12,285 bases of DNA from Phycisphaeraceae bacterium (GTDB taxonomy: Bacteria; Planctomycetota; Phycisphaerae; Phycisphaerales; Phycisphaeraceae), in contig CANIYR010000036.1 of NCBI GenBank assembly GCA_947471825.1, positions 1 through 12,285 of the forward strand, given 5' to 3'. Numbering within the stretch: position 1 is the stretch's first letter; each line of letters begins with the position of its first letter. Shown here piece after piece: positions 1 to 5,938 of this stretch. A program made the translations under genes and the position numbers. The notes beneath the pieces are model-generated. The model was given only the letters and a program-made list of their open reading frames with translations. It ran no database searches and was not told where the DNA came from.

Positions 1-1
1 G

Positions 2-235
2 GCCATCGGCGAAGCGGCGCCCATCCTGATCCTGGGCGGGGTGGTTTACATCACCTTTCTGCCGGGCCACCTCATGGACAGTTTCACCGTGATGCCGCTT
101 CAAATCTTTTCCTGGGCGTCGGAGCCCAAAGCCGATTTCCATGAACTTGCCGCGGCAGGCATCCTCATCCTGATCCTGGTGCTGGCGGCCTTCAACGGCA
201 TCGCCGTTCTCATCCGCCACAAAACGACCCAATAA
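2..235 (+). CDS. pstA: Phosphate ABC transporter permease PstA, C-terminal fragment (5' end lies outside the window)
   Basis: Open frame from position 2 with no in-frame stop until the TAA at 233-235. The product (…[23 protein letters not shown]…[24 protein letters not shown]) is a hydrophobic TM helix followed by a basic tail, typical of PstA C-termini. It lies directly upstream of pstB. The GTG at 41 in the ORF track is internal, not the real start. Confidence 0.6.
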   Translation, partial: AIGEAAPILILGGVVYITFLPGHLMDSFTVMPLQIFSWASEPKADFHELAAAGILILILVLAAFNGIAVLIRHKTTQ

Positions 236-257
236 ACCCCCTTTTTGCACAGCCCCC

Positions 258-1034
258 ATGCATACTGAAACGGCACCCCCGCCCCCGCTGCTCACCCTGC
301 GCGATTTCCGCTGCTGGTACGGCTCCTACGAAGCCATCAAAGGCGTCAGCATGGATGTCGCGGAGAAAAAAGTGACCGCCTTCATCGGCCCCTCTGGCTG
401 CGGAAAATCCACGCTTTTGCGCTGGTTCAACCGCATGAACGACCTGGTGCCGGGCGCCCGCGCTCAGGGCGTGATGGATTGGGGCGGGACCAACCTGCTC
501 GACCCCAAACTGGATGTGGTGGCCCTGCGCCGGCGCATCGGCATGGTGTTCCAGAAAGCCAATCCGTTCCCCAAAAGCATCTACGACAATGTGGCGTTCG
601 GGCCCCGGCTGCACTGGAAATTGTCGAAAGCCGAACTGGACGGCATCGTCGAGCATTCGCTGCGCCGGTCCGCCCTGTGGGACGAGGTCAAGGACCGCCT
701 GCACCAATCGGCCCTGGGTTTGTCCGGCGGCCAGCAGCAGCGCCTGTGCATCGCCCGCACCGTCGCATCCAAGCCGGAAATCCTGCTGATGGACGAGCCC
801 TGCTCGGCGCTCGACCCCCGTTCGACCCTGGCGATCGAGGAACTGATGGACGAATTGCGCCAGGAATTCACCATCATCATCGTCACCCACAACATGCAGC
901 AAGCCGCCCGCGCCAGCGATTACACGGCTTTCCTTTACCAGGGCGAATTGGTGGAATTCGGGGAAACCGCCAAGGTCTTCACCACCCCCGTCAAGAAACA
1001 AACAGAAGACTACATCCGCGGCAAATTCGGCTAA
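258..1034 (+). CDS. pstB: Phosphate import ATP-binding protein PstB (ABC ATPase)
   Basis: 258 aa. Walker [13 protein letters not shown] signature LSGGQQQRL, Walker B ILLMDEP, H-loop [12 protein letters not shown]. The C-terminal …YIRGKFG tail is typical of PstB. It follows pstA with a 22-nt gap. Confidence 0.95.
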   Translation: MHTETAPPPPLLTLRDFRCWYGSYEAIKGVSMDVAEKKVTAFIGPSGCGKSTLLRWFNRMNDLVPGARAQGVMDWGGTNLLDPKLDVVALRRRIGMVFQKANPFPKSIYDNVAFGPRLHWKLSKAELDGIVEHSLRRSALWDEVKDRLHQSALGLSGGQQQRLCIARTVASKPEILLMDEPCSALDPRSTLAIEELMDELRQEFTIIIVTHNMQQAARASDYTAFLYQGELVEFGETAKVFTTPVKKQTEDYIRGKFG

Positions 1035-1044
1035 AAGGAAAAAC

Positions 1045-1734
1045 ATGCCACGCATCCTCATCATCGAAGACGAAGCCGACCTGCGCGAACTGGTCGCCTG
1101 GCACCTCACCAAGGAAGGCTTTGAAACCGCCTCCGCCGCCTCCGGCGAAGAGGGCCTGACCCTGGCCGTCCGCGAGGCCGAGGCCGGCCGCCCGTTTTCC
1201 CTCGTCCTGCTGGACTGGATGCTACCGAAAATGAGCGGCATCGAAGTCTGCAAGACCCTGCGCCAGAACGCCAAAACCGCAGCCCTGCCGGTCCTGATGC
1301 TGACCGCCCGCGGCGAGGAAACCGACATCGTGCGCGGGCTGGAAGCCGGCGCCGACGATTACGTGACCAAACCCTTCAGCCCCAAGGTGCTGGTGGCCCG
1401 CGCCCAAGCCGTGCTGCGCCGCACCCAACCGGTGGATGCCGAAGCCCCCATCCGGGCCGGCAAGATCACACTCGACCCCGCCCGCCACGAGGTGACCGCC
1501 GCGGGGCTCAGCGTCACCCTGACCAGCGGCGAATTCAAGTTCCTGCGCCTGCTTTTGACCCGTCCCGGCCGGGTTTACACCCGGACCCAGATCATCGGCG
1601 CCGTGCACGACGGCTTCGCCGCCGTGACCGACCGTTCGGTGGATGCCATGGCGGTGCAATTGCGCCGCAAACTGGGCGCCCACGGCGATGTGGTCGAAAC
1701 CGTGCGCGGCGTCGGTTATCGTCTGAAGGCGTGA
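1045..1734 (+). CDS. phoB: OmpR/PhoB-family two-component response regulator (receiver + winged-helix), likely the phosphate-regulon regulator
   Basis: 229 aa. The receiver domain has the acidic pocket (IIEDE), the phospho-acceptor context LLDWMLP and a conserved K in VTKPF. The C-terminal trans_reg_C winged helix reads …TLTSGEFKFLRLLL…VRGVGYRL. A good RBS AAGGA lies 5 nt upstream of the ATG. The gene sits between pstB and phoU. Confidence 0.9.
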   Translation: MPRILIIEDEADLRELVAWHLTKEGFETASAASGEEGLTLAVREAEAGRPFSLVLLDWMLPKMSGIEVCKTLRQNAKTAALPVLMLTARGEETDIVRGLEAGADDYVTKPFSPKVLVARAQAVLRRTQPVDAEAPIRAGKITLDPARHEVTAAGLSVTLTSGEFKFLRLLLTRPGRVYTRTQIIGAVHDGFAAVTDRSVDAMAVQLRRKLGAHGDVVETVRGVGYRLKA

Positions 1735-2885
1735 CCATGAAAATCCCCCCCCACGAACTGGCCAAAGCCCTTGCCGACGCCACCGCCCACGCGGCCGGGC
1801 TGTCCCGCGAAAACGCCGAATTGCAATCGGTACTGGGCGCAATGCGCGAAGCGGTGGTGGCCGTGGGCCCGGATGAGCGCATCACCCGCGTCAATGCAGC
1901 CGCAGCCCCGTTGCTCGGCATGACCGCCGATTCGGCGCGCGGCCGCCTGCTTGGCGAATCGCTGCGCCACCCGGTCATCACCCGCGTGGCCCGCGCCGGA
2001 CTGTCCGGCAAGGTGGACGAGGGCGAGATGGAGATTTTCGTGCCCGCCAAGAACGCTTCCCCCGGCGGCTCCTCCGCGCTGGCCCGCCGCCTGTTCCAGG
2101 TGCGCGGCACACCGATGCCCGGCCGCACCGGCGCCGTTTTGGTGCTGCATGATGTGACCCAATTGCGCCGGCTGGAGGTGGTGCGCCAGGATTTCGTCGC
2201 CAACGCCAGCCATGAAATCAAAACCCCGGTGGCCGCCATCCAAGGGGTGGTCGAGACCCTGGCCGACGCGCCGGAGATGAATGAAACCGACCGCGCCCGT
2301 TTCATGGACATCCTGACCCGCCAGACCTCCAGGCTCTCCAAAATCATTGAAGATTTGCTGACCCTCTCGCGCATCGAGCGCGGCTTGGCGGTGGATCTGG
2401 CCGGCTTCTCGCCGGAACCCCTCGCCCCCATCGGCTCGGCCGCCGTGGAAGCCTGCGCACCCCGCGCAAATGCGGCCAAGGTGCTGATTGAAGCCGATTT
2501 TGACGCCGGACTGGCGCTTCCGTGCGATCCCTCCATGATCGAACGCGCCCTGGTCAACCTGCTGGAAAACGCCATCAAATACGGCGGATCCGGCGGCCGG
2601 GTGGCCTTCCGCATCGCGCGCGAAAACAACCAGGCGGTGCTGGAAGTGCGCGACTTTGGCGCGGGCATTTCCTCCGAACACCTGCCGCGCATTTTCGAGC
2701 GTTTCTACCGCACCGACAAGGCCCGCTCGCGCGAGCAGGGCGGCACGGGCCTGGGCCTCTCCATCGTCAAGCACATCGCCGAGTCCCACGGCGGGCGCGT
2801 GTCGGTGGAAAGCTCCCCCGGCGCCGGCGCCACCTTCCGCATCCACCTGCCGTTGGCGCCGCCGCCGGCCGCGCTTCCGGCCTGA
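1731..2885 (+). CDS. phoR: Sensor histidine kinase, PhoR-like, with PAS + DHp + HATPase_c domains and no transmembrane segment (soluble)
   Basis: H-box FVANASHEIKTPVAAIQG, N-box LVNLLENAIKYG, G1 DFGAGIS, G2 GGTGLGLSIV. The N-terminal ~150 aa look PAS-like and there is no hydrophobic helix. The start is either GTG 1731 (GTGA overlap with the regulator's stop at 1732-1734) or ATG 1737 (MKIPPH). Confidence 0.85.
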   Translation: MTMKIPPHELAKALADATAHAAGLSRENAELQSVLGAMREAVVAVGPDERITRVNAAAAPLLGMTADSARGRLLGESLRHPVITRVARAGLSGKVDEGEMEIFVPAKNASPGGSSALARRLFQVRGTPMPGRTGAVLVLHDVTQLRRLEVVRQDFVANASHEIKTPVAAIQGVVETLADAPEMNETDRARFMDILTRQTSRLSKIIEDLLTLSRIERGLAVDLAGFSPEPLAPIGSAAVEACAPRANAAKVLIEADFDAGLALPCDPSMIERALVNLLENAIKYGGSGGRVAFRIARENNQAVLEVRDFGAGISSEHLPRIFERFYRTDKARSREQGGTGLGLSIVKHIAESHGGRVSVESSPGAGATFRIHLPLAPPPAALPA

Positions 2886-2913
2886 CCGGCACTTCCCCCT
2901 TACCCCCACACCC

Positions 2914-3597
2914 ATGCTCCTCTCCCGCCAGCTCGAAAAAATCCGCAAAGAACTCCTGCACATGGGCGCCTTGTGCGAGGAAAGCGTGGACTGCTCGGTC
3001 CGCGCCATCCTGACCCGCGACGCCGACCTGGCCCGCAAGGTCATCGACAACGACGACCAGATCGATGACGCCGAAATCGAGCTGGAGGAGGAATGCCTGC
3101 ACGCCCTGGCCCTGTACCAGCCGGTGGCCTTCGACCTGCGCTATTTGGTGGCGGTGCTCAAGATCAACAGCGACCTGGAGCGCATCGGCGACCTGGCCGC
3201 CAGCTTGTCGGAGGCGGCGGTGATGCTGGCCTCGCGCCCGGCCTCGGTGGAGATTCCCTTCGACCTCGCGGGCATGAGCCGCACGGTTCAGGAAATGCTG
3301 CACAAGTCGCTCAACGCATTGGTCAACCTGGATGTGAAACTGGCCGCCGAAGTGCGCGCCCAGGACGACATCGTGGACGACATCCACCGCGGCGTGTACG
3401 AGGCGGTGCAGAAGATGATCCAGAACGACCCGCGCTCGGCCGAACTGGCCATCGCCTACCTGGGGCTCTCGCGCAAGTTGGAGCGCATGGCCGACCACGC
3501 CACCTACATCGCCCGCGACGTGGTGTGCCTGACCGAGGGGGATTTCTCGTCCTACCACCCGCGGTCGGACAAGGAATCGCCGGCCAAGCAGCCGTGA
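2914..3597 (+). CDS. phoU: Phosphate transport system regulator PhoU
   Basis: 227 aa from the ATG at 2914. Two PhoU repeats are present: …DQIDDAEIELEEECLHALALYQPVAFDLRYLVAVLKINSDLERIGD… and …DDIVDDIHRGVYEAV…KLERMADHATYIARDV…. The track ORF begins at 2656 in the same frame, but 2656-2885 overlaps the kinase's 3' end, so the ATG at 2914 is the sensible start. Confidence 0.85.
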   Translation: MLLSRQLEKIRKELLHMGALCEESVDCSVRAILTRDADLARKVIDNDDQIDDAEIELEEECLHALALYQPVAFDLRYLVAVLKINSDLERIGDLAASLSEAAVMLASRPASVEIPFDLAGMSRTVQEMLHKSLNALVNLDVKLAAEVRAQDDIVDDIHRGVYEAVQKMIQNDPRSAELAIAYLGLSRKLERMADHATYIARDVVCLTEGDFSSYHPRSDKESPAKQP

Positions 3598-3620
3598 AAG
3601 CAAGCGCACACGAACCGGCA

Positions 3621-3645
3621 AGCGCCCGCAAGGGCGCTTTTTTTG
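3621..3645 (+). terminator. Rho-independent terminator after phoU
   Basis: Stem AGCGCCC (3621-3627), loop GCAA, stem GGGCGCT (3632-3638), then a T7 run (3638-3644). Confidence 0.75.
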
Positions 3646-3649
3646 CGCC

Positions 3650-3664
3650 TACAATCCCCGCCCC
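3650..3664 (+). promoter_or_regulatory. -10-like TACAAT 9 nt upstream of the gltX ATG; putative leaderless or very short-leader promoter, part of an 18-mer shared with the aspartokinase start
   Basis: tacaatccccgccccATG at 3650-3667 matches taaaatccccgccccATG at 7931-7948 in 17 of 18 positions. No SD is present. Confidence 0.35.
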
Positions 3665-5212
3665 ATGACCCAACCCATCGTCACCCGCTTCGCCCCCTCC
3701 CCGACCGGCGCCCTGCACATCGGCGGCGCGCGCACCGCCCTGTTCGCCTGGGCCTTCGCCCGGAAGCACGGCGGCAAGTTCATCCTGCGCATCGAGGACA
3801 CCGACCAGCGCCGCAGCTCCAAGGATTCGGCCGCCGGCATCCTGCGCGACCTGCAGTGGATCGGCATTGACTGGGACGAGGGCCCGATGCCGGCCGAAGG
3901 CGACCCGGGCGGTTACGACCACCAAAAGGGCGAAAGCGGCCCGTATTTCCAGTCGCAGCGGCTGGACATCTACAACCAGCACATCGAAGCCCTGCGGAAG
4001 GGCGGCTTCGCCTACGAGGACCAGGGGGCGGTGCGCCTGCGCATGGGCAAAGACATCACCCATGACGATGCCGTGTTCGGCACCATCACGGTCCCGGGCA
4101 AGGATCTGGAGGATTTCGTCATCAAGAAAGCCGACGGGTTCCCCACCTTCCACCTGGCCGTGGTGGTGGACGACGCCCTGATGGGCACCACCCATGTGCT
4201 GCGCGGGGCCGAGCATCTGCCCAACACCCCCAAGCATGCGGCGCTCCTGGATGCCCTCGCGCAGGTCATGCCCAACCCCGAGAAATACGCGCGGCCGGTT
4301 TGGGCGCACATGCCCAGCATCATGAATCCGGGCGGCAGCAAAATGAGCAAGCGCGACAAGGCCAAGGTGGCGCGCGAGGCGGCGCAGAAAGCGGGCCTTG
4401 GGATGGGCGTGGTGCAAGGCATGGAAGATGCGCTGTTCGCCTCTTTCATGAAGAAAGAAACCGACGACAAGGGCCTGGCCGAAGTCATCGCCGCCCACTT
4501 GGGCGTAACCCTCCCCGAAATCGAAGTCCTCGACTTCGCCAAGAGCGGTTACCTCCCCGCCGCCATCCTCAACTACATTGCCTTGCTCGGCTGGAACCCC
4601 AAGACCGAAGTGGAACGCTTCGACCTGCCCGAGTTCATCGAACGCTTCACACTCGAAGGCATCCACAAGAGCAATTCCACTTTTGATCGCGAAAAACTGT
4701 TCCGCTTCAACGCCGAACGCATCGCCGCGCTCACCCCGGCCGCCTTCAGCACCCGCGCCGCCGGGTTGGCTCCGGCCGAATTTGCCGGCTTGATGCAGGA
4801 CGAAACCAAGTGGCACCTGTTCTGCAAGGCCTACCAGCCGCGCGCCCGCACCTTGAGCGAACCCTTCCGCATCGGCCGTTTCTTTGTGGCCGCACCGGTC
4901 TGGAACTTCGCCGACAAGGGTGTGGCAAAGGCGGGCTTCGGCCCGGGTGGCGAGGCCCCCGGCCTTTTGGCGCAAATGCAGGCCGCCTTTGCCACCCTGC
5001 CTGAAAACGGCTTCGGCAAGGCCGCGCACGACTGGATTGCTGCCCAAGCGGCGGAAAACCCGGCCATCGGCATGGGCAAATGGGCCGGCGCTCTGCGCGT
5101 GGCCATCTCGGGCTCAACCACCACGCCGGATTTGGAAATCTCGCTGGATTTGCTGGGGCAGAAAGAGACGCTCAAGCGGATGGCGGGATGCTTGGGGAAT
5201 GTGCCGAAGTAA
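3665..5212 (+). CDS. gltX: Glutamyl-tRNA synthetase (class I) with a ~50-aa insertion after the KMSKS motif
   Basis: 515 aa. N-terminus RFAPSPTGALHIGGARTALFAWAF (HIGH motif), then FILRIEDTD, the KMSKR motif, and GYLPAAILNYIALLGW. No Cys-rich Zn-binding insert is seen. Confidence 0.95.
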   Translation: MTQPIVTRFAPSPTGALHIGGARTALFAWAFARKHGGKFILRIEDTDQRRSSKDSAAGILRDLQWIGIDWDEGPMPAEGDPGGYDHQKGESGPYFQSQRLDIYNQHIEALRKGGFAYEDQGAVRLRMGKDITHDDAVFGTITVPGKDLEDFVIKKADGFPTFHLAVVVDDALMGTTHVLRGAEHLPNTPKHAALLDALAQVMPNPEKYARPVWAHMPSIMNPGGSKMSKRDKAKVAREAAQKAGLGMGVVQGMEDALFASFMKKETDDKGLAEVIAAHLGVTLPEIEVLDFAKSGYLPAAILNYIALLGWNPKTEVERFDLPEFIERFTLEGIHKSNSTFDREKLFRFNAERIAALTPAAFSTRAAGLAPAEFAGLMQDETKWHLFCKAYQPRARTLSEPFRIGRFFVAAPVWNFADKGVAKAGFGPGGEAPGLLAQMQAAFATLPENGFGKAAHDWIAAQAAENPAIGMGKWAGALRVAISGSTTTPDLEISLDLLGQKETLKRMAGCLGNVPK

Positions 5213-5342
5213 GGGAGGGTCGGCTTTAGCCGACCTTGATGCGCGCACGATGAAAGCCCCAGGGTTCGCGGATGATTTCCGCCAGCCCTTGGGCTTTTTT
5301 CATCCCTTGCGCTGCGCGTGGTCGGCTAAAGCCGACCCTCCC
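5213..5342. repeat. REP/BIME-like inverted-repeat doublet (copy A): perfect 23-bp inverted arms flanking an 84-bp spacer that contains a terminator-like hairpin
   Basis: Left arm GGGAGGGTCGGCTTTAGCCGACC (5213-5235) is the exact reverse complement of right arm GGTCGGCTAAAGCCGACCCTCCC (5320-5342). Each arm is itself GGGAGG plus a 6-7 bp hairpin (GTCGGC-TTTA-GCCGAC). The element starts immediately after the gltX stop TAA (5210-5212). A related copy lies at 10829-10962. Confidence 0.8.
5255..5300 (+). terminator. Intrinsic terminator-like structure inside repeat copy A (probable gltX terminator)
   Basis: Outer stem AGCCCCAGGG (5255-5264) pairs with CCCTTGGGCT (5286-5295) in 9 of 10 positions. 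An inner hairpin GCGGA-tgatt-TCCGC is nested inside. A T-run follows (5295-5300). Confidence 0.55.
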
Positions 5343-5722
5343 ACCCCGCAACTCCCCTCCCCGCACCTGCCCCCCAGCATCGCGCCCAACCTTATCCGGT
5401 TGCGCGCGAACACCGAATACGCCTTCTCCGCCAGCCAAGCCAACCCCGGCCAGGCCGTCCACGCCGTAACCCAGCCGAGACCCAATGCGCAGTAAGCCAT
5501 GCGCACCGCCGCCAAGCGGACCAGCACCTGGCCATCCGGCGTCATGCCGTGCAGCACCGCCATCAGCCGCTCGCGGTCGTAGCCGGGTGGAAAGGCCGAT
5601 TCCTGCGCCGTGGCCACATCCACAAAGGCCAGACGGTCTGCATGGTTACGCCGGCGCATCCAAGCCACCTCGCGGGCGCAGATGGGGCAGTGACTGTCGT
5701 GAAACAGGGTGAAGACGGGCAT
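5300..5722 (-). CDS. DUF393 / thiol-disulfide oxidoreductase DCC-family protein
   Basis: From the internal ATG (complement of 5720-5722): MPVFTLFHDSHCPICAREVAWMRRR…DRLAFVDV…RERLMAVLHGMTPDGQV…LAEKAYSVFARNRIRLG…C..G.C. This is the DCC signature (DGxCxxC near the N-terminus, ARNRYR plus a Cys pair near the C-terminus). The track ORF extends to a GTG at 5785, which seems less likely. The last ~14 codons run into the right arm of repeat A. Confidence 0.7.
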   Translation of the reverse strand: MPVFTLFHDSHCPICAREVAWMRRRNHADRLAFVDVATAQESAFPPGYDRERLMAVLHGMTPDGQVLVRLAAVRMAYCALGLGWVTAWTAWPGLAWLAEKAYSVFARNRIRLGAMLGGRCGEGSCGVGGSALADHAQRKG

Positions 5723-5785
5723 GGGCGAAAGCGTAAGGCAAGGCAGCTTCGCCCGCCTTGCAGAAACCGCGACCAAACTCTGCAC

Positions 5786-5938
5786 CTAAGATTTAAGTAT
5801 ATTCATGTGAACATTTTGCAATGTTTATTTCAGCGCCTCAAAATCGCGTCAAATCCGGCCTTCCCGGCCTTGTTTACACCCCCATCGCCTAGAATCGCCC
5901 CCGTCACCTTCCCCCCTCCTTTGGAGAGCGCCCGCATC
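5786..5938. promoter_or_regulatory. Divergent intergenic/promoter region between the DCC gene (-) and the flotillin gene (+), with an AT-rich island and small inverted repeat
   Basis: 5786-5850 is conspicuously AT-rich in a GC-rich window. It holds a 6-4-6 inverted repeat AACATT-ttgc-AATGTT (5810-5825) and the -10-like hexamers TATATT (5799-5804) and TAGAAT (5889-5894, 44 nt before the flotillin ATG). A GGAGAG RBS lies at 5923-5928. Confidence 0.35.

Noticed and set aside
210-1328. Large minus-strand ORFs throughout the window (210-1328, 1592-2692, 1716-3050, 3323-5047, 5849-7399, 7847-9451, 10726-12282) and many 60-340 aa alternative-frame ORFs on both strands
   Set aside because: They overlap + strand genes that carry unmistakable family motifs (Walker/ABC, HIGH/KMSKS, H/N/G boxes, PhoU repeats, UbiA motifs). 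Their translations are Arg/Ala/Gly/Pro-rich low-complexity sequences. These are GC-driven shadow ORFs with no independent support.
1745-1752. C8 homopolymer tracts at codons 3-5 of the histidine kinase (1745-1752) and of aspartokinase (7953-7960) as possible slipped-strand phase-variation switches
   Set aside because: At ~65% GC, two C8 runs in 12 kb is about the chance expectation. Both encode Pro-Pro in frame. There is no evidence of frameshifted alleles, and the genes are housekeeping. Only population resequencing could say otherwise.
2656-2913. N-terminal extensions of PhoU (from 2656) and of the flotillin gene (from 5549) suggested by the longest-ORF track
   Set aside because: The PhoU extension would overlap the 3' end of the kinase gene in another frame. 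The flotillin extension is antisense to the DCC gene and lacks flotillin-like sequence. The internal ATGs at 2914 and 5939 give products that match family N-termini.
5252-5495. 81-aa ORF starting inside repeat A (ATG 5252), downstream of the GGGAGGG sequence
   Set aside because: It is antisense to the DCC gene and low-complexity Pro-rich. The GGGAGG is 33 nt from the ATG, too far to act as an SD. It is likely spurious.
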